Assembly (NCBI GenBank): GCA_013360395.1 | Contig: JABWBQ010000006.1 | Span: forward strand, 9,637 to 73,636 | DNA from: Flavobacteriales bacterium | GTDB taxonomy: Bacteria > Bacteroidota > Bacteroidia > Flavobacteriales_F > PHOS-HE28 | Length of the DNA stretch: 64,000 nucleotides | Direction: 5' to 3' | Shown here: in pieces, positions 26,008 through 35,891 of the stretch | Numbering within the stretch: the stretch's first letter is position 1 | How the letters are laid out: each line of letters opens with the position of its first letter | Notes under the pieces: generated by a model | Told to the model about the DNA's origin: nothing | Databases searched by the model: none | Seen by the model: only the letters and a program-made list of their open reading frames with translations | Translations under genes and position numbers: made by a program

Positions 26008-28821
26008 ATGGTCCATCGTTACGCTTCGGCGGCAGCGCTGCTGCTGTCCGCCGCCGGGCTCGTTGCCCAGCCTGTGTTCACCAACCAGTCGGCCATCCTG
26101 CCCCATAACGCCAACAGCGGCGGCTGCATGGCCGTGGTGGACATGGACTTCGACGGGCTGGACGACATCGTGCAGCTCCACATGAGCAAGCACGTGTACA
26201 TCCTCTACCAGAACCCCGACCACTCCTTCACCACCTACGATTACGGGACGGTGGACGGCAGCAACCAGTGGGGCTGGGCCATCGCCGACATGGACCGCAG
26301 CGGGCACAAGGACATCATGAGCGGGGTGTCCGTGACGCGCTACCTGCGCATCACCTCGCGTGGCGTAGCGCAGTTGGTGAACCTCAACGGGCCCACCATC
26401 TTCCACCAGAACGTGAGCATCGCCGACATGAACGGCGATGGCTGGGCCGACCTGTACGCGTGCAATGACGTGGGTCCGAGCAACATCTGGATCAACGACG
26501 GCAGCGGCAACCTGCTCTACGACGGCAACTTCATCGATTGGTCCACGAACCCCGGCTCGGACATGAGCGGCAACTACGGCAGCGTGTTCACCGACTTCGA
26601 CGACGACGGGGACATCGACCTGCACATCAGCCATTGCCGCCAGGGTGTGAACAACCCCAACGACCCGCGTCGTTGGGACCGCCTGTTCGTGAACGACGGC
26701 AACAACAACTACACCGACATGGCCCAGGCGTACGGCCTGCAGAACCGTGAGCAGGTGTGGACCACCGATTTCGGCGACTACGACAACGACGGCGACCTCG
26801 ATGTGTTCAGCACCACGCACAGTACCTCGCTGATGCTGTTCGAGAACGACGGCAACAACAACTATGTGGACGTCACGGCCGGCAGCGGTCTGGAGAATTA
26901 CACCGGCTTCTTCCTGCAGGGCCTGTTCCGCGACCTGGACAACGACGGCTTCCTGGACATCATGACGGGTTCGGCCGACCACTACTTCAAGGGCAATGGC
27001 GACGGCACCTTCGCGGAGGTCACCGGTCTGTTCCCCGCCGGCAAGAACATGCTGAGCTTCGCTTACGGCGACCTCAACGAGGACGGCTTCACCGACCTGT
27101 ACGCCAGCTACGGGAACGCCTATGTGGACGGGGATCCCAGCTTCCCGGACCGGCTGTACCTCAACACGCCCAACGGCAACCACTGGCTGGACGTGGACCT
27201 CAAAGGCGTGACGAGCAACAAGGAGGCCATCGGTGCCAAGGTCAAGATCTGGGGGCCCTGGGGCATCCAGGTGCGCGAGGTGCGCAGCGGCGAGAGCTAC
27301 GGCGTGGTGAACAGCACCACCCTGCACTTCGGCCTGGGGGCCCACACCACAGTGGACAGCCTGGTGGTGCAGTGGCCCAGCGGTGAGGTGGACAGCTACA
27401 CGAACATCGATGCCGATCAGGGCATCACCCTGCTGGAAGGCACCTGCATCGCCCCCGTGGCGGAGATCACCGCCGGCGGCGCCCTGGTGGTGTGCACCGG
27501 CGGGGCTCCGCTCACCCTCACGGCCAACCCGGGCTTCCAATACACTTGGAACACCGCCGCCACCACCCAGAGCATCGACGTCACCGCCGCCGGCAGCTAC
27601 ACGGTGACCATCGACGACGGCACCGGCTGCTGGAGCCAGGCCACCGTGACCGTGATCGCCGATCCCGACGAGACCCCCACGGTGTCCGTGGTCGGGGAGA
27701 CCACCTTCTGCGAAGGCGGGTCCGTGGAGCTCACCAGCTCGTCGGCCAACGGCTACCTGTGGAGCAACGGGGCCACCACGCAGACCGTGCAAGCCACGGC
27801 GGATGGGCCCATCACCGTCACCATCCCCGGCCTGTGCGGCAACTTCACCTCCGCGCCCGTGGAGCTCGAAGTGATCGACACCCCCGATGCGCCGGTCACC
27901 ACCGGTGCCACCCTCATGGGCCCGGGCACGGCCGACATCCAGGCCACCGGTGCCAACATCACCTGGTACGACCTGCCCGCGGGCGGCACCGCCCTGGGCA
28001 CGGGCAACACCTGGACCACGCCCTTCGTGAACAGCACCACCAGCTTCTGGGCCGAGGACCTCAACAGCTTCGGCGGCGGGGTGGTGAGCGGCGGGCGCGT
28101 GGACAACACCGCCACCGGCCAGTACCACCAGAACGATGCCTTCTACCTGTTGTTCGATGCCTATGAGCGCTTCACGATCAACTCCGTGAAGGTGTACGCC
28201 AACGGGGCCGGCACGCGCACCATCGCCCTGGTGGACATGAGCGACAACAGCACCGTGGCCAGCGTCTCGCCGAACATCGCCTCCGGCACGCAGGTGGTGA
28301 CCCTGGGCCTGGAGGTGCCCGGCCCCGGCAACTACGCCCTGCGCTGCGTGGGCACGCCCAACCTGTGGCGCGATGGCCAGGGCAGCAACCCGCAATACCC
28401 CTACGCGCTCGGCTCCCTGGGCAGCATCACCGGCACCAACATCGGTGGGCAGAACGCGCTGGCGTACTACTACTTCTTCTACGACTGGCAGGTGGAGGCC
28501 TTCGGTGTGGATTGCCCGGGCCCGCGCACCGAGACCGTGGTGACCGTGACCTCCGTGGGCCTGCCCGAGCAGGGCACCAACGGCTTCCTGCACCTGATGC
28601 CCAACCCGGCCGATGAAGCGGTGACCGTGACCTTCCCCACCACGGGCGGCACCGTTGCCGTGGAGGTGACCGACCTGAGCGGACGGGTGGTGCGTCGCAT
28701 CACCGGAGCCGGTGCCACCGGTAAGGTCCAGCTGGAGATCGGCGACCTGGCGCGCGGACAATATCTCGTGCGCCTGAACAGCGCCGAAGCCCAGCACGTG
28801 GCGCGCCTCACCGTGCGCTGA
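26008..28821 (+). CDS. FG-GAP/ASPIC-UnbV repeat protein with Ig-like repeats and T9SS type A C-terminal sorting domain
   Basis: M126 of track ORF 25633..28821 gives MVHRYASAAALLLSAAGLVAQ (signal peptide). Multiple FG-GAP/VCBS-like Ca-binding repeats (DxDxDGxxD), an UnbV-like segment (HWLDVDLKG...GAKVKIW), SprB/PKD-like repeats, and C-terminus HLMPNPADEAVTVTFP...GQYLVRLNSAEAQHVARLTVR (type A CTD). Confidence 0.8.
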   Translation: MVHRYASAAALLLSAAGLVAQPVFTNQSAILPHNANSGGCMAVVDMDFDGLDDIVQLHMSKHVYILYQNPDHSFTTYDYGTVDGSNQWGWAIADMDRSGHKDIMSGVSVTRYLRITSRGVAQLVNLNGPTIFHQNVSIADMNGDGWADLYACNDVGPSNIWINDGSGNLLYDGNFIDWSTNPGSDMSGNYGSVFTDFDDDGDIDLHISHCRQGVNNPNDPRRWDRLFVNDGNNNYTDMAQAYGLQNREQVWTTDFGDYDNDGDLDVFSTTHSTSLMLFENDGNNNYVDVTAGSGLENYTGFFLQGLFRDLDNDGFLDIMTGSADHYFKGNGDGTFAEVTGLFPAGKNMLSFAYGDLNEDGFTDLYASYGNAYVDGDPSFPDRLYLNTPNGNHWLDVDLKGVTSNKEAIGAKVKIWGPWGIQVREVRSGESYGVVNSTTLHFGLGAHTTVDSLVVQWPSGEVDSYTNIDADQGITLLEGTCIAPVAEITAGGALVVCTGGAPLTLTANPGFQYTWNTAATTQSIDVTAAGSYTVTIDDGTGCWSQATVTVIADPDETPTVSVVGETTFCEGGSVELTSSSANGYLWSNGATTQTVQATADGPITVTIPGLCGNFTSAPVELEVIDTPDAPVTTGATLMGPGTADIQATGANITWYDLPAGGTALGTGNTWTTPFVNSTTSFWAEDLNSFGGGVVSGGRVDNTATGQYHQNDAFYLLFDAYERFTINSVKVYANGAGTRTIALVDMSDNSTVASVSPNIASGTQVVTLGLEVPGPGNYALRCVGTPNLWRDGQGSNPQYPYALGSLGSITGTNIGGQNALAYYYFFYDWQVEAFGVDCPGPRTETVVTVTSVGLPEQGTNGFLHLMPNPADEAVTVTFPTTGGTVAVEVTDLSGRVVRRITGAGATGKVQLEIGDLARGQYLVRLNSAEAQHVARLTVR

Positions 28822-28846
28822 CCGCGGATACGACCATCCGAGCCTC

Positions 28847-28881
28847 GGAGCCCCCGGCATCGCCGGGGGCTCCCGCTTTTC
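28847..28881 (+). terminator. intrinsic terminator after T9SS FG-GAP gene
   Basis: ggagcccccgg-catcg-ccgggggctcc is a perfect 11-bp stem followed by cgcttttcc (U-tract), 26 nt after the stop. Confidence 0.6.
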
Positions 28882-28976
28882 CGGGCCCGGCCATACGGCA
28901 TACCTTGGACGCATGGGGTGACGGTCGTACTTGCACCGCCGGACCGCCCGCCCGACCTTGTGTGCCGAACACCACC

Positions 28977-29705
28977 ATGAGCACGATCGGACTCGGGCTT
29001 CTCTTCGCCGCCATCGCGCTGATGTACGCCTCGGTGGGCCATGGCGGGGCCAGCGGCTACCTGGCGGTGATGGCCCTGCTGGGTTATTCGCAGGACGTCA
29101 TGCGACCATCCGCCCTGCTGATGAACCTCTTCGTCAGCGGGATCTCCTTCCTGCAGTTCGCGCGGGCGCGCCATTTCCGCTGGAACCTCTTCTGGCCTTT
29201 CGCGGTGGCCTCGGTACCCATGGCCTGGATCGGTGCGCGCATCACCATCGATCCCCTGCTCTACAAACGCATCCTGGCCGTCTGCCTGCTGATCGCCGCG
29301 GCCCGGCTGTTCGGCCTGTTCGGCAAGGCCGACGACCGGCGTGCGACGCTGGCCATCCTCCCGGCCATGGGCATCGGTGCGGTCCTGGGCCTGGCATCGG
29401 GGATCATCGGCATCGGTGGTGGCATCCTGCTGAGCCCCCTGCTGCTGCTCTTCCGCTGGGCCGATGCCCGTGAGACCGCCGCCGTGAGCGCACTGTTCAT
29501 CTTCGTGAACAGCCTGGCCGGCCTGGTGAGCGCCATGGGCAACGGGGAGCGCGTGACGCCCGACGTGCTCGCCTGGGTGGCGGCGGCCGTGGCGGGAGGT
29601 CTGCTCGGCGGCTATCTCGGTGCGCGACGCATTCCCGAGCTCCGGCTGCGACAGGCGCTCGCCGTGGTGCTCGCCCTGGCCTCCGTGAAGCTCATGCTCC
29701 CATGA
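28977..29705 (+). CDS. TauE/SafE family sulfite exporter-like permease
   Basis: M25 of the track ORF: MSTIGLGLLFAAIALMYASVGHGGASGYLAVMALL... is the typical TauE N-terminus; 8 predicted TM segments. 4-nt overlap with moeA. Confidence 0.8.
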   Translation: MSTIGLGLLFAAIALMYASVGHGGASGYLAVMALLGYSQDVMRPSALLMNLFVSGISFLQFARARHFRWNLFWPFAVASVPMAWIGARITIDPLLYKRILAVCLLIAAARLFGLFGKADDRRATLAILPAMGIGAVLGLASGIIGIGGGILLSPLLLLFRWADARETAAVSALFIFVNSLAGLVSAMGNGERVTPDVLAWVAAAVAGGLLGGYLGARRIPELRLRQALAVVLALASVKLMLP

Positions 29706-30877
29706 TCCGCGTACAGGACGCGCGTACCGCGCTGTTGGAACGGGTGCTGCCCCTGCCGCCCGAGCAGGTGCCGCTCGCCGTGGCCGTGGGACGCTTCCTT
29801 GCGGCCGATGCCGTGGCCGAGGACGCCTTCCCCCGCTTCGACATGAGCGCGGTGGACGGATACGCCGTGGGCGATGGCCCGGGTCCGTGGCGCCGCATCG
29901 GCGCGGTGGCCGCCGGCGAGGTGCTTCATGCCCCGCTCGGCGCTGCGGAATGCGCACGGATCTTCACCGGTGCGCAGGTGCCCGCCGGGACCGCCGCGGT
30001 GCTGATGCAGGAATATTGCACCGATGAGGGAGGGCTGGTGCATGGCCCGGCGACCGCGCCTCGTCCGGGTGCCAACATCCGCCGCCGCGCCGAAGGATAC
30101 AGCCCCGGCGATGTGCTGCTGCGGAAGGGTGAGCGCCTGGACCCCGCCGCCATCGGCCTGCTGGCCTCGGCGGGTATCCGCATGGCCACGGTGGCCCGCC
30201 GTCCGCGTGTGGCCCTGGTGCGCACCGGCGGCGAATTCATCACCGGGGGCCTGCCCACCGAAGGACGCATCCACGGCAGCAACGAGGTGATGCTGCAGGC
30301 CGCCGTGCAGGCCGCCGGCGCCGATGTCACCGGCCCGCCCATCACCATCCACGATCAGGAAGGCCCCATGGGCGATGCGCTTGCCCGCGCCTGCGCCGAT
30401 GCCGATCTGGTGCTCACCACGGGCGGTGTGTCCGTGGGCGACCACGACCTGGTCAGGCCCGTGCTGGAGCGGCTCGGGGCCACCGTCCACTTCCACGGGG
30501 TGCGGCAGAAACCCGGCAAGCCCATGCTCTTCGCCACGCTCGGCACGCTGCCGGTGATCGGCCTGCCCGGCAATCCGCGTGCGGTGCTGGTGCTGTTCGA
30601 CGTGTACGTGCGCAGCGTGATCCGCGCCCTGCAGGGTGCGAACGATCCCGGTCCCTGGGAGGAAATGCTGCCCCTGGCCGCCCCCCTGCGCCGCAAGGGC
30701 GAGCGCGACGAATTCCGCGGGGCCCACGTGCGCCAGGGACGGGTGGAGCTGCTGCGCGACGAAGGATCGCACCTGCTGGGAGGCCTGGTGGGCAGCGGTG
30801 CGCTCTGCCACCTGGAGGCCGAACGCACCGTGTTGGAGGCCGGCGATCCCGTGCGCGTGATCCGCCCGCTGCCATGA
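29702..30877 (+). CDS. moeA: molybdopterin molybdotransferase MoeA
   Basis: MoeA N-terminal and MoCF_biosynth domains (DMSAVDGYAV, GAQVPAGTAAVLMQE, LVLTTGGVSVGDHD, GLPGNP). ATGA overlaps at both ends. Confidence 0.9.
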   Translation: MIRVQDARTALLERVLPLPPEQVPLAVAVGRFLAADAVAEDAFPRFDMSAVDGYAVGDGPGPWRRIGAVAAGEVLHAPLGAAECARIFTGAQVPAGTAAVLMQEYCTDEGGLVHGPATAPRPGANIRRRAEGYSPGDVLLRKGERLDPAAIGLLASAGIRMATVARRPRVALVRTGGEFITGGLPTEGRIHGSNEVMLQAAVQAAGADVTGPPITIHDQEGPMGDALARACADADLVLTTGGVSVGDHDLVRPVLERLGATVHFHGVRQKPGKPMLFATLGTLPVIGLPGNPRAVLVLFDVYVRSVIRALQGANDPGPWEEMLPLAAPLRRKGERDEFRGAHVRQGRVELLRDEGSHLLGGLVGSGALCHLEAERTVLEAGDPVRVIRPLP

Positions 30878-31440
30878 GCGACCGCGCGTGGACCGGTGTG
30901 GTGCTCACCGGCGGACGAAGCAGCCGCATGGGCACCGACAAGGCGCTGGTGCCCATCGACGGCGTCCCCATGCTGGCGCGTGCCATCGCCCTGTTGCGGC
31001 CCCACGTGCGCGAGCTGCTCATCATCGGCGACACCCAGCACCACCGCCATCCGCACGCCACCACCGTGGCGGACGACCTGCCCGGCCTCGGGCCCATCGG
31101 CGGGCTGATCACCGCGCTGGACCGCAGCCGGTACGGCCGCATCCTCGCCCTGGCCTGTGACATGCCCGGGGTGAACGACCGCCTGTTGCTGCGCCTCAAG
31201 GAACGCTTCGACGGTACGGTGGACGCGGTGGTGCCCGTGCACGAAGGCCGCGCCGAACCGCTCGCGGCCGCCTACCACCGGCGCTGCGCGGATCCCTTCC
31301 GGAAGGCGGTGGAGGAGGGCCTGCTGAAGCTCACCGCCGCGCTGGACCGCCTGCACTGGGCCCCCGTGGACGTGCGCCCGGGCCATGAAGGCTGGCCGGC
31401 CGACCTGTTCCGCAACGTCAACCGGCCGGGCGATCTCTGA
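30874..31440 (+). CDS. mobA: molybdenum cofactor guanylyltransferase MobA
   Basis: VVLTGGRSSRMGTDKAL...LACDMP are MobA nucleotidyltransferase motifs; 188 aa; ATGA overlap with moeA. Confidence 0.85.
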   Translation: MSDRAWTGVVLTGGRSSRMGTDKALVPIDGVPMLARAIALLRPHVRELLIIGDTQHHRHPHATTVADDLPGLGPIGGLITALDRSRYGRILALACDMPGVNDRLLLRLKERFDGTVDAVVPVHEGRAEPLAAAYHRRCADPFRKAVEEGLLKLTAALDRLHWAPVDVRPGHEGWPADLFRNVNRPGDL

Positions 31441-31491
31441 AGCGCCGGTACCTTCGCCGTCCCGCCGCCATCAGGCGGTGGCGCACAACGC

Positions 31492-32514
31492 ATGATCAAC
31501 GCCAGGGAGGCGATGGTGGAGGAACTGGTGCTCCACCGGGTGGGCACCGACGGCTCGCCCACCGTGCTCACCGACGTGAGCGCCGTGCTGCAGGGGCCCG
31601 AGGAACAGGAGTTCCTGCGGCGCCTCTTCCTGCGGCCCTTCGCCACGGCGACGGCCACGCACACTTTCCGCAGCGGCGAGGGCCGCGACGGGAACGCCCT
31701 GCAGGCCCTGTGCACCAAGGCGATGAAAAGCCGCGACCTGGTGGGCGTGTCGCGCGCCATCGCCAAGCTGTTGGTCGACACCGCCGCCGAGCACGAGGTG
31801 CGTGCCGGGGACCTCTTCATCGTCCGCTTCCATGCCGTGGAGCTGGCCGGTGCCGTGCACGACGCGGTGGGCATCCTCAAGTTCGACGACAAGGAGGTGT
31901 TCCTGGAGAGCAAGCTCAGCGGCAGCAACATCGGCATGCGCCTGCGGCGCGGGCTCGGAGGACGGCGCCCCGACCAGGCCCTGCTGGTGCTCTTCACCCC
32001 GGAGGAGCCCACCGTGCTGACGATCGACGACGACCCGCGGAGCGGCTTCTGGCAGCAGGCCTTCGCCGGGCTGCGTGCCAGGCAGGACCACGTGAACAGC
32101 ACCAACAACCTGCTGGAGATGACGCGCTCCTTCATCACCGAGCAGCTGCCCCAGGACTACGAGATCCCCAAGGCCGACCAGATCGACCTGCTGAACCGCT
32201 CGGTGCAGTACTTCAAGGAGAACACCGAGTTCGACCGCGGCAGCTTCGCACGCGAGGTCTTCCAGAACGACGAGGTGATCGGCTCTTTCGAACGCTTCGG
32301 CGACCGGTTCAAGGAGGAACGCGCCGTGGAACTGGAGGACCGTTTCGCCATCAGCCCCGATGCCGTGAAGAAGCAGGCCCGGGTGTTCAAGAGCGTGCTG
32401 AAGCTGGACAAGAACTTCCACATCTACATCCACGGCGACCGCAACAAGATCGAGCGTGGGGTGGACGAGCAGGGCCGGAAGTTCTACAAGATCTACTACG
32501 AGCAGGAGCTGTAG
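31492..32514 (+). CDS. yejK: nucleoid-associated protein YejK/NdpA family
   Basis: 340 aa with ...LHRVG..., conserved acidic regions and C-terminal FHIYIHGDRNKIERGVDEQGRKFYKIY, characteristic of the 37-kDa nucleoid-associated protein family. Confidence 0.8.
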   Translation: MINAREAMVEELVLHRVGTDGSPTVLTDVSAVLQGPEEQEFLRRLFLRPFATATATHTFRSGEGRDGNALQALCTKAMKSRDLVGVSRAIAKLLVDTAAEHEVRAGDLFIVRFHAVELAGAVHDAVGILKFDDKEVFLESKLSGSNIGMRLRRGLGGRRPDQALLVLFTPEEPTVLTIDDDPRSGFWQQAFAGLRARQDHVNSTNNLLEMTRSFITEQLPQDYEIPKADQIDLLNRSVQYFKENTEFDRGSFAREVFQNDEVIGSFERFGDRFKEERAVELEDRFAISPDAVKKQARVFKSVLKLDKNFHIYIHGDRNKIERGVDEQGRKFYKIYYEQEL

Positions 32515-32674
32515 AGGCTATCTCAAGAAACCCTTTGGGCTGCGCGAGGAACTTTTGCGCCCATGCTTCGTTGTGAAAAATCTTTCAGAGCTACCGGCCA
32601 TTCTCGGTTCTCACGCCTCGCCTGGACGCGAAATACTTGTCGCTCGCTTCCAAGATCATTTTTGAGACAGCCTC
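32514..32674 (+). repeat. dispersed ~160-bp element with 13-bp terminal inverted repeats (copy A); MITE-like or structured RNA
   Basis: Begins gaggctatctcaa and ends ttgagacagcctc; about 80% identical over its length to 46225..46387 in the same orientation. Contains the conserved core cacgcctcgcctggacgcgaa. Starts at the last base of the yejK stop codon. Confidence 0.7.
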
Positions 32675-32783
32675 TGGCCGGCCCGTACCGCCCGCCGCCG
32701 TGCGCGATCCCGTGACACCCGTCCGGTCGCGCGCTCTTGCCCTTTGCCCGGCCTGTGCGCATCTTGGTCCCAGCACCCCGCCC

Positions 32784-35700
32784 ATGCGCCTGTTCCCGCT
32801 GATCGCCGGAGCGCTCCTCGCACCCGAACTGGGGGCACAGCTGCTCTTTGACCGCATCACGGCGGCCGATGGCCTTCCGAACGAGGAGGTCCATGCGCTG
32901 TTCGAGGACCGCGACGGCTTCATCTGGGCCGGCACGGCCGATGGCCTGGCACGTCTGGAGGGCACCAGGGTCCGCGTCTTCCACCACGACCACAACGATA
33001 CCGCCAGCCTGGCCCACGACCAGGTGCGGGGCATCGCGCAGGACGCCGCAGGCACCCTCTGGTTCGCCACCATGGATGGGCTGTCGCGCTTCGATGCGCA
33101 GCGCGCCACCTTCACCAACCTGCGCATCACCGCCGCCGGAACGGATGCGCGGCAGGCCAATCGCATGCTGCAGGTGCTGCCCCTGGGCGACACGCTGCTC
33201 TGGGTGGTCACCGAAGCCGGCCTCTACCGCCACGACATCCGCAGCGCCCGCTTCCGCAGCGTGCAAGGCCGCCCGGCCGGAGAGGGCCCCGCGGGCATGG
33301 TGAACGCCGCCGGTGCCGTATTCTGGGATGCGCCGCACCGAACCCTGTGGGTCGGCACGCACAAGGGTCTCGCCTCCTGGGATGCGAACACCGGGCGCTG
33401 GACCGACCATCGGAACAGCACGGAAGAGCCCTGGGCGGGGACCTCCTCCACCAACGTGCCCGTGGTCCATGGCGATTCGCTCTGGTTCCTGCGCAACGCC
33501 CCCTACACGCTCTGTGCGTATGACCTGCGGCGCAGGCGGATGCACGTACAGCCCGACCTCGAGCAGGAGCCGAACCGTTTCACCCTGCGCGCCCAGGGCA
33601 TCGGCCCGGACGGTACGCACTGGCTCTGTACGTGGACCCACCGTGTCTTCCGCCGCCGGCCACACGGCAACTGGCACGAAGTGCGATCCATGGTGGACCG
33701 CCCCGGCGCCATGCCGTCCACCCGGGTCAGTGCCTTGTTGTTCGTGCGTAAGGGCGAGACCTGGTTCGCCACTGCCCAAGGCATCGCCGCCCTGCGCCCG
33801 ACGGCCGACAAGATCGTTCCCCTGTACGAGGACCCCGACGGCCGCATGGTCTCGGCCCTGGGACGGCTGGGTAAGGACACCCTGTTGGTGGGCAGCGCCG
33901 GTGGGGGGGTAAGCCTGGTGGACCTGCGAACGGGAGAACGCACCGCCCCCCTGCGTCGCGTGTCCGCCGCCTTGCCGGAGGAGCTGGAGCTGGCCAACTT
34001 CGTGCGTGCCTTCGGCACCGCATATCGGGGCATGCCGCTGGTGTGCACCTCCCGGGGCCTCGCCCTGCTCGATGTGCGTGGCGGTGCGCTCAGGCCCATG
34101 CAGGCGCTCGATGCGGCGTTCCCGCAGGCGGGGGAAAGCACCTTCACTTTCGCCGAACGCGCGGATGGGGCCTTCTGGTTCGGCACCTGGTCGCGGGGTC
34201 TTTGGCGGCTGGATGAAGGCAGCGGCGACGGTGTGTGCATTGACACCGTGGCCGGACCGTACGGTGCGCTGCCCGGCCGCATGATGCTGAGCTGGCTCAC
34301 CGACCGTTCCGGCGGAGCTTGGGTGGGCATGAACGACGGCGGTGGGCTGGCGCACGAGGTGAACGGTCGGTTCCAGGTGCTGCGCGAGCCAGGGGGGGGC
34401 CATGTGGGCGGTGTGGTGCGTTCCATCGCCGAAGGCCCCGACGGAAGGATCTGGCTCGGCACCCACGAACGGGGGATCCTGGTGTACGACCGCGCGACCG
34501 GCGGCACCCGCTACTACACCCGCCGCGACGGCCTGCCCGCCACGCGCATCCACGCGCTCCTGTTCACCCGCGACGGCACCTTGTGGGCGGCCACCGCCGG
34601 CGGCTTCGCCTTCATGGAGCCCGGCACGGCGACCTTCCGAACACCCGACCTCCCCGCCGGGCTGCAGGAGGGGGGGGCCTACACGTTGCAGGAACTGGCC
34701 GACGGCCGCCTCGCGCTCACCATCGGCGACCGGGTGTTGTTGTATGACCCGGCCATCGGGCCTGCTTCCGTGCCTCCGCATCCGGTGTTCACCGGCCACC
34801 GCATCAACGACCTGCTGGTGCGCGGCGCCCCCGGGCCCCTGGAACTGACGTACGATCGCAAGGCCCTGAGCCTGGAGCTCGGGACGGTGGGCCATCACTT
34901 CGGGCCACCGCCACAGTTCCGCTATCGCCTGGCGGACAAGGATACCGGCTGGTACGAGCTGGGCCGCGTTGCACGCATCGACCTGTTCGATCTGGCACCG
35001 GACCGCTACCATATCCAGGTGCAGGCCAGTGCGGACGGTGTGCACTGGAGCACCGACGTGGCGGCGGTGGAGGTCGCCGTGCGGCCGCCCTTCCACGCCA
35101 CCTGGTGGTTCAGGTCCCTGATGGCGCTGCTGGCCGTCCTGGCGGCGGTGGCCGGCTCCCGGGTCCATCTGGCCATCCGGCTGCGCCGCCAGCGCGAGGC
35201 GTTCGAGCGGGAGCAGGCCGTGCTGGCCGAACGCATGCGGATCGCCAGCGACATGCACGACGACCTCGGGGCCGGTCTCAGCGCCCTGAAACTGCGCAGC
35301 GAAATGGCCCTGCGCATGGAGAGGGACCCGTCGAAACGCGACCAGCTCGGCGCGCTGGCCCGGACCGCGGGGGAGCTCATCGGCAGCATGCGCCAGATCA
35401 TCTGGACCATGAACGCCGACCAGGGGAGCGTGGCCGACCTGTTCGCCTACACCGGCAGCTATGCCCGCAAGTACTGCGACGAAAATCGGGTGGCGCTGAC
35501 GGTGGTGGCGGACACGGACCCGCCCGCCGTGTCGCTCAGCGCCGAGCAGCGCCGCAACGTCTTCCTGGTGGTGAAGGAAGCCCTGCACAACATCGTGAAG
35601 CATGCCGCCGCCCACCGGGCCGAGCTCCGGATGCGCTGGGACAGCGGCGCGATGGATGTGCTCATCTGCGACGATGGGCCCGGATGGCCCGCGAACCCCG

Positions 35701-35891
35701 AGGCCACCGAAGGCAACGGGCTGCGCAACATGCGGCGGCGCATCGCCGCGCTTGGCGGCACCATCGACCCGGTCCGTGACGGGAGCCCGCTTCCCGGGGC
35801 CTGCCTGCACTTCCGGGTGCCGGTGGCCATGCCCCCTAACCTTCGTTCCATTGACCGGTCCGTGGCGGCCGATGACCTTCGTGGCGCATGA
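32784..35891 (+). CDS. sensor histidine kinase with periplasmic two-component-regulator beta-propeller (Reg_prop/Y_Y_Y), TM segment, HisKA_3 and HATPase_c
   Basis: M50 of the track ORF gives MRLFPLIAGALLAPELGAQ (signal peptide). Repeated F.D..G.LW.GT..GL motifs (Reg_prop), a TM at WWFRSLMALLAVLAAVAG, an H-box (MRIASDMHDDLGAGLSAL) and an N/G-box (GNGLRNMRRRIAALGG). 4-nt overlap with the response regulator. Confidence 0.85.
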   Translation: MRLFPLIAGALLAPELGAQLLFDRITAADGLPNEEVHALFEDRDGFIWAGTADGLARLEGTRVRVFHHDHNDTASLAHDQVRGIAQDAAGTLWFATMDGLSRFDAQRATFTNLRITAAGTDARQANRMLQVLPLGDTLLWVVTEAGLYRHDIRSARFRSVQGRPAGEGPAGMVNAAGAVFWDAPHRTLWVGTHKGLASWDANTGRWTDHRNSTEEPWAGTSSTNVPVVHGDSLWFLRNAPYTLCAYDLRRRRMHVQPDLEQEPNRFTLRAQGIGPDGTHWLCTWTHRVFRRRPHGNWHEVRSMVDRPGAMPSTRVSALLFVRKGETWFATAQGIAALRPTADKIVPLYEDPDGRMVSALGRLGKDTLLVGSAGGGVSLVDLRTGERTAPLRRVSAALPEELELANFVRAFGTAYRGMPLVCTSRGLALLDVRGGALRPMQALDAAFPQAGESTFTFAERADGAFWFGTWSRGLWRLDEGSGDGVCIDTVAGPYGALPGRMMLSWLTDRSGGAWVGMNDGGGLAHEVNGRFQVLREPGGGHVGGVVRSIAEGPDGRIWLGTHERGILVYDRATGGTRYYTRRDGLPATRIHALLFTRDGTLWAATAGGFAFMEPGTATFRTPDLPAGLQEGGAYTLQELADGRLALTIGDRVLLYDPAIGPASVPPHPVFTGHRINDLLVRGAPGPLELTYDRKALSLELGTVGHHFGPPPQFRYRLADKDTGWYELGRVARIDLFDLAPDRYHIQVQASADGVHWSTDVAAVEVAVRPPFHATWWFRSLMALLAVLAAVAGSRVHLAIRLRRQREAFEREQAVLAERMRIASDMHDDLGAGLSALKLRSEMALRMERDPSKRDQLGALARTAGELIGSMRQIIWTMNADQGSVADLFAYTGSYARKYCDENRVALTVVADTDPPAVSLSAEQRRNVFLVVKEALHNIVKHAAAHRAELRMRWDSGAMDVLICDDGPGWPANPEATEGNGLRNMRRRIAALGGTIDPVRDGSPLPGACLHFRVPVAMPPNLRSIDRSVAADDLRGA

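Noticed and set aside
32456-32665. 69-aa ORF (and its twin 46303..46512 on the opposite strand) sharing a ...YFASRRGVR(T/A)E(N/H)GR tail
   Set aside because: The similarity arises because both lie inside the two copies of the TIR-flanked repeat, and in opposite orientations relative to the element's reading direction, so the repeat is a DNA or RNA element, not a protein gene.
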